Translations under genes and position numbers: made by a program
Notes under the pieces: generated by a model
Database searches by the model: none
Told to the model about the DNA's origin: nothing
Seen by the model: the letters and a program-made list of their open reading frames with translations, nothing else
Shown here: piece after piece, positions 27,742-38,230 of the stretch
Position numbering within the stretch: position 1 is the first letter of the stretch
Layout of the letters: every line of letters starts with the position of its first letter
Assembly: GCA_958295485.1 (NCBI GenBank)
Contig: OY282354.1
Coordinates: 2,679,944 to 2,743,943, forward strand
Direction of reading: 5' to 3'
DNA from: an uncultured Gammaproteobacteria bacterium
Lineage (GTDB): Bacteria > Pseudomonadota > Gammaproteobacteria > Eutrophobiales > Eutrophobiaceae
DNA: 64,000 bases

Positions 27742-28650
27742 TCACCCCCGGGGATGATGTTGTGCGTGCAGGTTTTTCAGCCTTTCCCGGGCAACATGCG
27801 TATAGATCTGGGTAGTCGAGATGTCGCTGTGGCCCAATAACATCTGGACTACGCGTAAATCAGCGCCATGGTTAAGCAGGTGCGTGGCAAAGGCGTGCCT
27901 TAAAACATGGGGTGAAAGGGGTTTGGCAATACCCGCCTGGATAGCGTAGCGTTTTACTGCATGCCAGAACGTCTGACGCGTCATCATCAACCCGCGCCGA
28001 CTGGGAAATACCGTCGCCGGCGGCGGCCCCTTGAACAACTCGGCCCGGCTTTCTTTCATGAATTTTTCCAACCAACTGACCGCTTCTTCGCCCAATGGCG
28101 CCAAACGCTCTTTATTCCCTTTGCCAATTACCCGAATAACGCCTTGTCTTAAATTTATCTGGTCCACTTGCAAGCTGACCAGCTCTGAAACCCTTAACCC
28201 GGTCGCATACAAAACCTCCAACATCGCCCGGTCGCGCTGGCCGATAACCGTTGTCGTATCCGGCGTCTCGAGCAAGGCTTCCACTTCAGCTTCAGTCAAT
28301 GACTTTGGTAATGGTCGACCGATTCGAGGCGGCTCTATCCGGGCGGTGGGATCATGGCTTATTTGACCTTCCCTCGCCAGGTATTGAAAAATCCGGCGCA
28401 GGGTGGATAAATGTCGCGCTGAAGTACGCGTCGACTTGGCGCTCAATGACGCAAGGTAAGCGAGAATATCCGCGGGTTGTGACTGTAGCAAGTCCTTAGA
28501 TGATGATGTAAGCCAATCCGCATAAGAGTAGAGATCATTTCGATAAGCGGCTAAGGTATTTTCACTTAAACCACGCTCCATCCACAAGGCGTCAAGGAAA
28601 TGATCGATAACAGTCCTGGCCTGCTGAAGTTCAGGTTCACTACCAGACAC
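27742..28650 (-). CDS. xerD: Tyrosine recombinase XerD
   Basis: ERGLSENTL.AY, LYATGLRVSEL, SPHVLRHAFATHLLNHGADLR, TTQIYTHV. Confidence 0.96.
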   Translation of the reverse strand: MSGSEPELQQARTVIDHFLDALWMERGLSENTLAAYRNDLYSYADWLTSSSKDLLQSQPADILAYLASLSAKSTRTSARHLSTLRRIFQYLAREGQISHDPTARIEPPRIGRPLPKSLTEAEVEALLETPDTTTVIGQRDRAMLEVLYATGLRVSELVSLQVDQINLRQGVIRVIGKGNKERLAPLGEEAVSWLEKFMKESRAELFKGPPPATVFPSRRGLMMTRQTFWHAVKRYAIQAGIAKPLSPHVLRHAFATHLLNHGADLRVVQMLLGHSDISTTQIYTHVARERLKNLHAQHHPRG

Positions 28651-28713
28651 GGGCCACCATCACAAAGACTGTTTCCCGTAACCGGCGTCTCGAATAAAAC
28701 AGGCGCTGTTTAT

Positions 28714-29070
28714 TTAACCCGCAGGCTTGATTTTTTCCTTTATCCTGGCCGCCTTGCCCCGCCGGTCCCGCATGTAATACAGTTTCGCCCGCCTGACGTC
28801 CCCCCGGCGTTTAACGGAGATTTCCGCAATACCCGGGCTGTAAGTCTGGAACACCCGCTCCACGCCTTCACCGTATGAAATTTTACGAACGGTGAACGAT
28901 GAATTAAGCCCCCGGTTCTTCTTGGCGATGACTACGCCTTCAAATCCCTGAAGCCGCTCCCGTTGGCCCTCTATGACCTTGACCTGCACGACGACGGTAT
29001 CGCCGGGATGAAATTCCGGCATCTCCCGATTTATTTGCTCAGCTTCGAGCTGCTCGATTATATTTGTCAT
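28714..29070 (-). CDS. rplS: 50S ribosomal protein L19
   Basis: [21 protein letters not shown]. Confidence 0.97.
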   Translation of the reverse strand: MTNIIEQLEAEQINREMPEFHPGDTVVVQVKVIEGQRERLQGFEGVVIAKKNRGLNSSFTVRKISYGEGVERVFQTYSPGIAEISVKRRGDVRRAKLYYMRDRRGKAARIKEKIKPAG

Positions 29071-29093
29071 AGCTGCCGACTCCATAATAATAG

Positions 29094-29849
29094 TTACGCT
29101 TTATCATCAGCATACTGCTGTTCGTTTATGTACTCATCCAATAAAACCTGTCGCTCGGCATCCAATGCCAATGCTTCCAACAAATCCGGCCGGCGTTCCC
29201 AGGTACGTCCCAGGGCTTGTTTCAGACGCCATTTTCGAATAGCGGCATGATCTCCACTCAATAACACCTCCGGGACACACTTGCCATACACTCTTTCCGG
29301 GCGGGTGTAATGTGGATGATCCAATATTCCCCGGTAAAAAGAATCTTCCGGCGCAGATTCTTCATTTCCCAAAACGCCGGGTAAACATCTTGCCACGGCG
29401 TCGATTAATACCATGGCAGGAAGTTCGCCGCCACTAAGCACGTAATCACCGATAGACCATTCTTCATCGACCTCCAGTTCGATAATCCTCTCATCGATAC
29501 CTTCATAACGTCCGGCTATGAAAATCAATGAGTCTCTCCCGGCAAACGTCATCACGTCCTGCTGTTTCACCTTCTTTCCCTGGGGTGACAGGTAAATCAC
29601 CGCGGCGCCGGGCAGTTCAGCCTTAGCGGATTGTATGGATGCCCGCAGCGGCGCCGTCATCATGACCATGCCCGGACCGCCACCGTAGGGCCTGTCGTCC
29701 ACTGTTCGGTGGTTGTCAGTCGTATAATCCCTCGGATTAACCGTATTGAGTTTCAACAACCCTGATTTTATCGCTTTCCCTGTAATACCGTAATCGATAA
29801 CCGCTGAAAACATCTCCGGGAATAATGTGATCACGCCAATCCGCAACAT
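29094..29849 (-). CDS. trmD: tRNA (guanine37-N1)-methyltransferase
   Basis: [31 protein letters not shown]. Confidence 0.97.
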   Translation of the reverse strand: MLRIGVITLFPEMFSAVIDYGITGKAIKSGLLKLNTVNPRDYTTDNHRTVDDRPYGGGPGMVMMTAPLRASIQSAKAELPGAAVIYLSPQGKKVKQQDVMTFAGRDSLIFIAGRYEGIDERIIELEVDEEWSIGDYVLSGGELPAMVLIDAVARCLPGVLGNEESAPEDSFYRGILDHPHYTRPERVYGKCVPEVLLSGDHAAIRKWRLKQALGRTWERRPDLLEALALDAERQVLLDEYINEQQYADDKA

Positions 29850-29853
29850 GTTC

Positions 29854-29917
29854 TAACCCGCATTTCTCACCAGGGAAAACGCTGATCGCGCCGGATTTTT
29901 CCCGTCGGCGCGGGTTA
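29854..29917. repeat. Dispersed repeat family C (TAACCCGCATTTC ... GCGGGTTA); other copies at 26746-26779 and 31410-31438
   Basis: Shared TAACCCGCATTTCYCRCC core and inverted termini. Confidence 0.55.
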
Positions 29918-30436
29918 GTCCCATTGCCATTCTACTTTGATTACACCGTTATCCATATCGACCTGTTTGATAATTTCATCCTTTACAAAAGGGATCAAAC
30001 AGCGGCTTTCACCCTCGACAATCAAGACATCATTGGCGCCGGTTTCCCGGATATCGACAACCTTGCCCAACCGGTTGCCGGCCATGGTCATCACGTCCAT
30101 CTGCAACAGGTCAGCCCAATAATATTCACCCGGCGCCGGTTCCGGCAACTGTGTGCGGTATACGGCAATCCGGCGATTAACGAACTGTCTTGCCGCCTCC
30201 CTGTCTTCGACGTTTTCAAACTTCACCACCTGGGTTTTGCCGCTTTTCCCACTGCCGGCAAATTCAACCTCGGCCCATAATCCCTCTTTTTCAATCAACC
30301 AGGGCTTATACGAAAAGATATTTTCCTTCGGCGCCGTATAGGAAAATATCTTCAACCAGCCTTTTACGCCATGTACCCCGCCTGTTTTACCGATGACGAC
30401 CACTTCCCCGTTACTGCCTTTCGCAGCCGGCGCCAT
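29915..30436 (-). CDS. rimM: Ribosome maturation factor RimM
   Basis: HGVKGWLK, EYYWADL, ETGANDVL, LIPFV. Confidence 0.95.
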   Translation of the reverse strand: MAPAAKGSNGEVVVIGKTGGVHGVKGWLKIFSYTAPKENIFSYKPWLIEKEGLWAEVEFAGSGKSGKTQVVKFENVEDREAARQFVNRRIAVYRTQLPEPAPGEYYWADLLQMDVMTMAGNRLGKVVDIRETGANDVLIVEGESRCLIPFVKDEIIKQVDMDNGVIKVEWQWD

Positions 30437-30444
30437 GATAAAAA

Positions 30445-30705
30445 TCAGCTTGGCGCAGCCTGGGCCCTGGCGTGATCTTTAATCAGTTTAGCGACGCGGG
30501 CAGAGGCTTGCGCGCCTTTTGACAGCCAATAATCGACCCGCTCCCGGTCCAGGTTCAGTTGTTGCTCCCGGCCGGTTGCAATCGGGTTGAAATAGCCAAG
30601 CCTTTCTATATGCCGGCCATCACGCGGATTACGTGAATCGGTTGCGACGATATGATAAAAAGGCCTTTTCTTTGCGCCTGCTCGCGCTAATCGGATTGTC
30701 ACCAT
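30445..30705 (-). CDS. rpsP: 30S ribosomal protein S16
   Basis: [25 protein letters not shown]. Confidence 0.98.
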   Translation of the reverse strand: MVTIRLARAGAKKRPFYHIVATDSRNPRDGRHIERLGYFNPIATGREQQLNLDRERVDYWLSKGAQASARVAKLIKDHARAQAAPS

Positions 30706-30815
30706 AAAATTAACCTTGTCCCAGCTAAATACGGGTTTTGAATGTTCACCGGAAAAAGGCGTTATTCTACGGTATATTTCATAAAAAGAAAGACTTGAAT
30801 CAGAAAACAGGGCAG

Positions 30816-31379
30816 ATGCTTATAACTGAACAGAAAGCCTTGATGCGGACGAGGCTGAAACAAAACCGCCGCGCGCTCCCTGAGGAACAACGGCTTGCCT
30901 CCAACCAGGCTATCCACACCCGCCTGCTCGACCAAATCGACATCAAGCAGGCCGGTTCGGTCTTTTGTTACATCTCCACGGGTGATGAAGTGAATACCCA
31001 TCCCCTCATCGATCAATTGGTTCAACTGGATAAAACAGTAGTCATCCCCAAAATCATCGACGGTGAAAAAATGATTGCCGTCCTCTTTAATAACTGGCGG
31101 GAACTCAGGGTCGGCCAACTGGGAATATTGACCCTTGATGAGTATTCCGAATGGCAATCCGGGGTAGATGTGTGTATTACACCAGGGTTGGGTTTTACGG
31201 TAGACGGGAAACGGATTGGTTTCGGCAAAGGTTATTACGATAAATGGCTTGCCGCTAATCCGTCTGCGTCAAGAGTGGCCCTGTGTTATGAATGTCAAAT
31301 AGTCGATGCAATTCCCATCACGGAGACAGATCTATCGATGGATAAAATTATTACGGAAAAAAGGCTCATTAGTTGTTAG
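30816..31379 (+). CDS. 5-formyltetrahydrofolate cyclo-ligase
   Basis: [25 protein letters not shown]. Confidence 0.92.
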   Translation: MLITEQKALMRTRLKQNRRALPEEQRLASNQAIHTRLLDQIDIKQAGSVFCYISTGDEVNTHPLIDQLVQLDKTVVIPKIIDGEKMIAVLFNNWRELRVGQLGILTLDEYSEWQSGVDVCITPGLGFTVDGKRIGFGKGYYDKWLAANPSASRVALCYECQIVDAIPITETDLSMDKIITEKRLISC

Positions 31380-31476
31380 TTTTCCTGGTTGCTCTCATAT
31401 CATGGTAAATAGCCCGCTTGGTGAGAAATGCGGAGTAATGTTATTCTACCTGGCAAAAGTTTCACGACCCCTGAAA

Positions 31477-33270
31477 ATGAAACTAGTCACCTGCCCTGAA
31501 CACCTGCTACTGCTGCTGGCGGCATGTTGTCTGTTTTCGCAACATGCTCCCGGGGAAGTTACCTTAACCGATAAGCAGTCATCGGACTGGCCTTTATATG
31601 GACGCACTTATGACAACCAACGATTCAGCCCCCTGTCACAGGTCAATACCGGCAACGTAAGCCGGTTGCAACCGGCCTGGCGTTTTAATACTGGTAAAAT
31701 CGGGTCGTTCCAGACTTCACCCATTATCCGGGACGGCGTGATGTACGTGACGACGCCTTATAACGACGTTATCGCGCTACAGGCAAACACGGGCAAGGCC
31801 CTGTGGCGGTACCGGCATGAACTCGAAAAGAAAACATTTTGTTGCGGGCCGGCCAACCGCGGGCCGGCAATAACGGATGACAAAGTCTATACCGTTACCA
31901 TCGATGCCCGGCTTATCGCCCTGGACCGTAAAACGGGCAAAGTCGCATGGGACGTTGAAATCGCGGACACTGACGCCGGCAAGGCGGAAGCGCTTGACCC
32001 CCTCCTGGGCGTGGATGAACTGAAAGACGCCAAACAATCGGGACAGACCGGGTATACCGCTAACCTGGCTCCGCAGGTATTCGGCGACAAGATATTAGTG
32101 GGGATTTCCGGCGCGGGTTACGGCCTGCACATGGACCTGGAACAGGAGGGTGAGTATGTTTTGTCCGTCGGCGGCCTCTCCGGTGGAGGGCACGGATTAA
32201 GGGGTTTCATCGTTGCTTACGATACGGAAACGGGCAGGGAAATCTGGCGCTGGCACAGCGCAGCCGAGTTGAACTGGCAGGGAAAGTGGCGTGAGCAAAC
32301 GAGCTATGGCGTACCGTTGAACAGGGATATTACGGCAGAGCGGCGTGCCAACAAGTTCTATTCCGATACCTGGCGTTACGGCGGCGGTTCAATCTATACG
32401 ACGCCGGCCATTGACCCGGAGCTTAACCTGATTTATATCGGCACGGGCAATCCGTCGCCGCAGATGGATGACTCCACCCGTCCCGGCGACAATTTATACA
32501 CCGTCAGTTTAGTTGCGCTGGACCTTGATACGGGCAAATTGCGTTGGCACTACCAGCAAGTGCCCCACGACCGCTGGGGCTATGACGTCGCCAGTCCACC
32601 GGTGCTGTTTGATTTCGTTGAAAACGGGAAAGTCGTCAAGGCAGTGGGGCAGGCAAGCAAGTTGGGGTGGTTTTTTATCCACGACCGGCAAACCGGCAAA
32701 TTAATCAGGCGTAGCGATGCTTTCGTCAAACAGGAAAACCTGTTCGCCCGGCCTACGGCGGAAGGCGTGCGTATCATCCCCGGCACCCTGGGCGCAGTCT
32801 CCTGGTCGCCGGTTGCCTACCATCCCGGTCTCCGGCACGTTTACATCGCCGGCATTTATCAACCATCAATGTTTTTTTCACGCAAGCTGGAACCGAAACC
32901 GGGCAAGCCCTGGAAAAGCTACACTTTCTTCAAAAAAGCCGACGAACCGGATTGGGGAGTTCTCAGCGCAATCGACGTCGCTTCCGGCAGGATAAGCTGG
33001 CAGCAAAAAACGCAGCGACCCATGGTTGGCGGCGTACTGGCCACCGCCGGCGACCTCGTGTTCACCGGCGAGGGAAACGGCGACTTTGTCGCCTATGACG
33101 CCCACACCGGCAAACCCCTATGGCGCTACCAGGCTCAATACGGCGTCAATGCCCCGCCTGTCAGTTACATGCTGAACGGCAAACAATATATCACCGTCGC
33201 CGCCGGGGGAAACTCGCTGTTCGGCTATAAAACCGGCGATGAAATACTGACCTTCAGCTTGAAGGATTGA
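31477..33270 (+). CDS. Secreted PQQ-dependent dehydrogenase-family beta-propeller with atypical active site
   Basis: Signal peptide from ATG 31477, W..YGR..QRFSPL, CCGPANRG, GTGNPSP, RPGDNLYT, HDRWGYD. Confidence 0.85.
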   Translation: MKLVTCPEHLLLLLAACCLFSQHAPGEVTLTDKQSSDWPLYGRTYDNQRFSPLSQVNTGNVSRLQPAWRFNTGKIGSFQTSPIIRDGVMYVTTPYNDVIALQANTGKALWRYRHELEKKTFCCGPANRGPAITDDKVYTVTIDARLIALDRKTGKVAWDVEIADTDAGKAEALDPLLGVDELKDAKQSGQTGYTANLAPQVFGDKILVGISGAGYGLHMDLEQEGEYVLSVGGLSGGGHGLRGFIVAYDTETGREIWRWHSAAELNWQGKWREQTSYGVPLNRDITAERRANKFYSDTWRYGGGSIYTTPAIDPELNLIYIGTGNPSPQMDDSTRPGDNLYTVSLVALDLDTGKLRWHYQQVPHDRWGYDVASPPVLFDFVENGKVVKAVGQASKLGWFFIHDRQTGKLIRRSDAFVKQENLFARPTAEGVRIIPGTLGAVSWSPVAYHPGLRHVYIAGIYQPSMFFSRKLEPKPGKPWKSYTFFKKADEPDWGVLSAIDVASGRISWQQKTQRPMVGGVLATAGDLVFTGEGNGDFVAYDAHTGKPLWRYQAQYGVNAPPVSYMLNGKQYITVAAGGNSLFGYKTGDEILTFSLKD

Positions 33271-33279
33271 ATATAGAGC

Positions 33280-33363
33280 TTAGTTACAGGCGAGTATGTC
33301 ATCAGCGGTGGTCCGGAAACCTCGAATACAGGGTTTCCCTTCTCGTTTTCCTGGTTCCATCAT
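33280..33363 (-). pseudogene. DUF433-family antitoxin remnant
   Basis: Minus-strand frame reads MMEPGKREGKPCIRGFRTTADDILACN*, resembling the DUF433 EPGKRGGKPCIRG.R.T and DI.AC motifs in a much shortened frame. Confidence 0.55.
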
Positions 33364-33443
33364 GCTGATCCACTTGGCGCTTGGAAATTCATCCCCAGGT
33401 AGCTCATTGTGGTTGAAATTGATCCGCTCTTGTCAGGGGGAAA

Positions 33444-34457
33444 TTAGAGTGAATGGGTGAGTTGGTAGACTTTGCCTATCCAGTTGTTGATGACGGAGTT
33501 GGCGCTGTCGCGCCAGGTGTTGTCGAGGGAAGAGCTGATCAGGTCTTCCGGGAACGGTGGGGGGGCGCTGTTGTTTTTCTTTGCGGCTGAGGCGCGGTCC
33601 TGGTATTCATCGAGGACCGCCCTGGTCTGCAAGGGAAAGTAATTTTGGGGAAACGGGGGGTAATCTTTGATTTCGCCAAAGATGTAACGCCCGACTTCCC
33701 GCTTGTATTCCTTGAGCAGGCTATTCACGTCGTATTCGGGATGTCCCTGGAAAAAGACCAGGCGGAAGCCGTCTTTACTGACGGCCAAGTGAACGCCGAC
33801 CTCCTCGCTTTCGACCAGGATTTTCAAGCCGGATCCCAGGAATTGCTCCCGCGTCACCACATTGAAACGTGAATGGGGAACGTCAAAGCGGGTGTTTACC
33901 CTGGTCACCAGGGGATGTGATTTATCCTTGACCTTGTGTGGATAAACGCCCCAGCATTTCGCCGGCAGGCGCACCCGTTTCTGGTTATAACGGAATTGCA
34001 AAACCGCATGGGTAGCCAAACATGAGCACAGTATCGACGTCACGTTGGCGCAGGCCCAATCAATGACTTCGATTAACGGCTGCCAGAATACCTGATTGTC
34101 CAAATCGGGGCCTATCACGTTGGCGCCGGTGATGATCAACGCGTCCAGGCCCGTGGATTTTATTTCCCTGAAGCTCTTGTAGTATCTTTCCACGTGCTCC
34201 CGGCCTTCCTTTCCTCGTTGCAACTCCTCCAGGGTAAACGGATGCAGGTAGAATTGAGCAATCTGGTTGCTTTCGCCAATAAGGCGGAAGAATTGCCTTT
34301 CCGTCGCCTCCAGGGCCTTGTCCGGCATCATGTTCAACAAGCCGATGTGCAGTTCGCGAAGGTCCCGGCCCGCGGCAAGTTCCCGCGGGATCACGATACC
34401 GCCTTCATTCTGGAACCGCTTGAAACTGGGTAAATCGGTATTGGCTATCAACGGCAT
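33444..34457 (-). CDS. metA: Homoserine O-succinyl/acetyltransferase
   Basis: IGLLNMMP..L..TERQF, DALIITGA, SCLA, PHSR, FFQGHPEYD. Confidence 0.92.
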   Translation of the reverse strand: MPLIANTDLPSFKRFQNEGGIVIPRELAAGRDLRELHIGLLNMMPDKALEATERQFFRLIGESNQIAQFYLHPFTLEELQRGKEGREHVERYYKSFREIKSTGLDALIITGANVIGPDLDNQVFWQPLIEVIDWACANVTSILCSCLATHAVLQFRYNQKRVRLPAKCWGVYPHKVKDKSHPLVTRVNTRFDVPHSRFNVVTREQFLGSGLKILVESEEVGVHLAVSKDGFRLVFFQGHPEYDVNSLLKEYKREVGRYIFGEIKDYPPFPQNYFPLQTRAVLDEYQDRASAAKKNNSAPPPFPEDLISSSLDNTWRDSANSVINNWIGKVYQLTHSL

Positions 34458-34472
34458 TTCAGTAAAACGCTC

Positions 34473-35309
34473 CTACCTGTCGAGGACGCCGGCGATGAGA
34501 TCGATGAAATCCGTTTCGGATTCTATGGAATATATCTCGTCAACCGCGACGGAATAACCATAATTATCAGCTATGTATTCATAGCGGGGCAGCCGGGCGC
34601 TGAATAACCTGGGAAATACCCACCTGACAAAATCATCCGGGTCGATCAAGGCAACGTAATCGAGCGAGCGCGCCTCCATGTAAGCCGCTAATTGTTCGTC
34701 CAGGAATGCTTCCTTGTAGTACAGCGGCTTGGGGTGCCGTTCAGCCCGCGCTATCAACTCTTTTTCATCTTCGACCGTTGCCTTGATGTATAAAATCAAG
34801 CTGTGCTCCGCCAGCAACCCGATAACATCATCGGTCATTTCACACAGGCTGCCGCCGGCGTCATTGACAAAATGCGAATAGCCGTACACTTTATGGGCCT
34901 TGCGAATAAACTCCGGCACGTCATTCATCGAATTAATCTCGGCAGTTTGATGCAGTTTCTGGCGGCGTTTGAATTCTTTCAGGTCCAAACCGCCCAATTC
35001 CGGGTTGCCCAACTTGCCCAAAAAACTTGAAACCGGTTTCAGGTTGTCTATATCCAGGTTGTTCGCGATATGGATCGAATCAGATCGCAGCAACTCCTGG
35101 AGAAACGGAATCTGCATGGCAAGCTGTTTTATGTTATCGAGGATCGGTTCATCCAGGTAACGGGTGCCGATTCGGTAATCACCGGAAAAGTGAAACCAGT
35201 TGTGCCGGCGCAACTTTCTTGCCAGCGTGGTCTTGCCCACCCCGGACATGCCCAGCAGCGTAATGGACTTCTGAGCCCGGTCCCTGAATTCTTTACCGGT
35301 TAATCTCAT
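34473..35309 (-). CDS. P-loop ATPase/kinase-like protein co-oriented with metA
   Basis: LLGMSGVGKT, DYRIGTRY, NDAGGSLCE. Confidence 0.75.
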   Translation of the reverse strand: MRLTGKEFRDRAQKSITLLGMSGVGKTTLARKLRRHNWFHFSGDYRIGTRYLDEPILDNIKQLAMQIPFLQELLRSDSIHIANNLDIDNLKPVSSFLGKLGNPELGGLDLKEFKRRQKLHQTAEINSMNDVPEFIRKAHKVYGYSHFVNDAGGSLCEMTDDVIGLLAEHSLILYIKATVEDEKELIARAERHPKPLYYKEAFLDEQLAAYMEARSLDYVALIDPDDFVRWVFPRLFSARLPRYEYIADNYGYSVAVDEIYSIESETDFIDLIAGVLDR

Positions 35310-35443
35310 GATGTTCGGGTTTCTCCGCAGGATCTTGCGGGTAGTATAAAGTAAAAGCGGGTGGGAGGGGGTAAATCGCGGTGAGGGGGAAGACAGGCTA
35401 ATGCGCTTATCGGCCTTTGTCCGGCACACGCCAGTATGGCTCG

Positions 35444-35469
35444 GGGCAGGCACGAGGGCCTGCCCCTGC
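35444..35469 (-). repeat. Family A REP-like palindrome
   Basis: Reverse complement gcaggggcaggccctcgtgcctgccc matches 61048-61073 at 24 of 26 positions. Confidence 0.7.
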
Positions 35470-35561
35470 GGGATTAATGTCTCCTGTCTACCTGAATCTG
35501 AACACTTGTCCCCTTCACGATATCCTCATCAGGAGGCAACTCGCGCAGGGGAGGCCGTGCT

Positions 35562-37646
35562 CTATTCATCTACGGCTTTCATGCTGAGACGAACCCTGCC
35601 CTGCCGGTCGATCTCCAGCACTTTCACCTTTACAAAATCACCTTCCGATAATTTGTCACTGACATTCTGCACACGCTCTTCTGAAATTTGCGAAATGTGC
35701 ACCAGGCCGTCCTTGCCCGGCAGGATATTGACGAATGCGCCGAAATCCATGAGTTTCGCCACCTTGCCCTTGTAGATTTTACCTACTTCAATTTCAGCTG
35801 TCAGGTCTTCAATCCGCTTGCGAGCGGCATCGCTGGCCGTTTTATCGCTGGAATATATTTTGACGTTGCCATTGTCATCTATATCGATCGTTGCCCCCGT
35901 TTCTTCGGTAATTGAGCGAATCGTCGTTCCTCCCTTGCCGATGACGTCCCGGATTTTATCCGGGTGAATCTTGATGGTGGTAATGCGGGGCGCGTACTCG
36001 GACATCTCTCCCCGCGGCGCGGAAATGACACTGTTCATCTTCTCTAATATATGCAGCCTCCCTTCCCTGGCCTGGGCCAACGCCGTCCCCATGATTTCTT
36101 CGGTAATGCCATCTACCTTGATATCCATTTGCAATGCGCTGATCCCTTGTTCCGTGCCGGCCACCTTGAAATCCATATCGCCAAGGTGGTCTTCATCGCC
36201 CATGATGTCGGACAGCACGACGAATTTTTCACCTTCCTTGATGAGACCCATGGCAATGCCCGCCACCGGCGCCGCTATCGCTACGCCGGCGTCCATTAAC
36301 GACAGGCTGGTACCGCACACCGACGCCATGGAGCTTGAGCCGTTCGATTCGGTTATTTCAGAGACGACCCGAAGCGCATAGGGAAATTCTTCCAGGTCCG
36401 GCATCACCGCCATCATGCTGCGTTTGGCCAACCTGCCGTGACCGATTTCACGACGTTTGGGTGAACCTGAGCGCCCGGTTTCACCAACACAATAAGGGGG
36501 GAAATTATAATGCAACATGAATGGGTCCTTGCGCTCTCCTTCTATGGCGTCAATGATTTGCGCGTCCCGGTCGGTGCCCAAAGTAGCGATAACCATGGCT
36601 TGTGTCTCACCCCGCGTAAACAGGGCGGAACCGTGGGCCCTTGGCAGCACCCCGACTTCCACGCTGACTTCTCTTATCGTTTTAGATTCCCGGCCGTCAA
36701 TTCTCGGTTCACCAGCAATTATCGCGCCCCTGACGGTGTTGCTTTCCAGTTTTTCAATCACGCCGGCAACCGCGTTTTCACTCCACCGCTCCCCATGTTC
36801 CGCGATAAGGGCGGCGATTGTCTCGGTCTTGATTTCATCCAGGCGTTCCCGCCGGCTGAGTTTATCCTGTATCGAGTAGGCTTCCCTGAGCAGGTCAACA
36901 CAACTGTTTTCGACTTCGGTCTCCAACTCTTTATCATCATCCGGCGCCTGCCAGTCCCATGGTTTTACCCGGGCATCGGCGACCAGCCCCTTGATATTTT
37001 CGATAACTACCTGCATTTGCCGATGGCCATACATTACTGCGCCCAACATGATTTCCTCTGATAATAACCCGGCTTCAGATTCGACCATCAAGACGGAAGT
37101 TTCGGTTCCTGCTACGACCAAATTCAGTTTCGACCTGGTCAATTCATCATTACTGGGGTTGAGCAGATAATCCCCATCGCGATAACCCACCCGCGCCGCG
37201 CCGATGGGTCCCTTGAAAGGGACACCGGAAAGTCCCAGCGCGGCTGAAGCGCCGATCATCGCAACGATATCAGGATCAACAGCCGGGTCCAGTGACATCA
37301 CGGTGGCAATGATCTGAACTTCATTTCTAAATACTTTTGGAAACAGGGGGCGAACCGGCCGGTCAATCAACCTCGATGTCAGTATCTCTTTTTCCGAGGG
37401 CCGCCCTTCCCGCTTGAAGAAACCACCGGGAATTTTACCAGCCGCATAAGTTTTTTCCTGATAGTCAACCGTAAGCGGGAAAAAATTCTGGTCGGGCCTG
37501 GCTTCCTTGCCGGCAACGCAAGTTACTAACACGACTGTATCCTTCATGCTCGCCATTACGGCTCCGGTAGCCTGTCTCGCAATCCTGCCTGTTTCCAGGA
37601 CCACCGGAATATCACCATACTGAAACTCTCTTCTTACCATGCTCAT
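35562..37646 (-). CDS. pnp: Polyribonucleotide nucleotidyltransferase
   Basis: [41 protein letters not shown] and S1 domains. Confidence 0.98.
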   Translation of the reverse strand: MSMVRREFQYGDIPVVLETGRIARQATGAVMASMKDTVVLVTCVAGKEARPDQNFFPLTVDYQEKTYAAGKIPGGFFKREGRPSEKEILTSRLIDRPVRPLFPKVFRNEVQIIATVMSLDPAVDPDIVAMIGASAALGLSGVPFKGPIGAARVGYRDGDYLLNPSNDELTRSKLNLVVAGTETSVLMVESEAGLLSEEIMLGAVMYGHRQMQVVIENIKGLVADARVKPWDWQAPDDDKELETEVENSCVDLLREAYSIQDKLSRRERLDEIKTETIAALIAEHGERWSENAVAGVIEKLESNTVRGAIIAGEPRIDGRESKTIREVSVEVGVLPRAHGSALFTRGETQAMVIATLGTDRDAQIIDAIEGERKDPFMLHYNFPPYCVGETGRSGSPKRREIGHGRLAKRSMMAVMPDLEEFPYALRVVSEITESNGSSSMASVCGTSLSLMDAGVAIAAPVAGIAMGLIKEGEKFVVLSDIMGDEDHLGDMDFKVAGTEQGISALQMDIKVDGITEEIMGTALAQAREGRLHILEKMNSVISAPRGEMSEYAPRITTIKIHPDKIRDVIGKGGTTIRSITEETGATIDIDDNGNVKIYSSDKTASDAARKRIEDLTAEIEVGKIYKGKVAKLMDFGAFVNILPGKDGLVHISQISEERVQNVSDKLSEGDFVKVKVLEIDRQGRVRLSMKAVDE

Positions 37647-37819
37647 TATTATTACCTGACTTTATTGATAGTTATTATTTCAAGTCCATCCGGGACTTAT
37701 CAGAGTTTCCTGAATGATGACCGAAAACATACTGATAGATTGATTGCATCATTATCGCTGATGAAGCGTCAAAGACTCTTTAATATACTTTGCTGAATAA
37801 ACGGGGCAGCGCCGGGCAA

Positions 37820-38089
37820 TCACTTTCTCAGGGAAAGACGACCAATCAGGTCCCTGTAGCGATTTTCATCTTTACCCTTTAAATAATCCAATAGTTTCCT
37901 GCGTCGATTCACCATGCACAACAAACCTTGTCGTGAATGATGATCCTTGGTGTGTGATTTAAAGTGTTCCGATAAATCAGTAATACGCGCGGTCAACAAC
38001 GCGACCTGGACTTCAGGCGACCCCGTATCGTCGGATGAACGTTGATATTTATTTACGATATCAGCTTTCTGTTGCTGACTTAATGACAT
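37820..38089 (-). CDS. rpsO: 30S ribosomal protein S15
   Basis: [21 protein letters not shown]. Confidence 0.97.
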   Translation of the reverse strand: MSLSQQQKADIVNKYQRSSDDTGSPEVQVALLTARITDLSEHFKSHTKDHHSRQGLLCMVNRRRKLLDYLKGKDENRYRDLIGRLSLRK

Positions 38090-38230
38090 TTGATATATTG
38101 CTCTCCTGTTCCAGATCTTGAAAAACGCGCATATTGTACCCATGCATAAACCGACTAACAAGAAAAATGATCAAAAATCAGCGGTTCACGCAGATGCTTC
38201 ATTTTTACCTGCGTCATCTGTGAATTAAAT

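Noticed and set aside
27742-28650. Phage or island integrase
   Set aside because: It has XerD signature residues and sits in the conserved rplS-xerD-dsbC context.
36510-37061. Antisense ORFs of 60-230 aa here and throughout the housekeeping genes
   Set aside because: They fully overlap well-supported genes on the other strand and show no motifs.
38180-38226. Imperfect palindrome upstream of rpsO as an S15 leader RNA
   Set aside because: It lies about 90 nt from the start codon and I cannot match it to the known leader; it may be a generic palindromic repeat.
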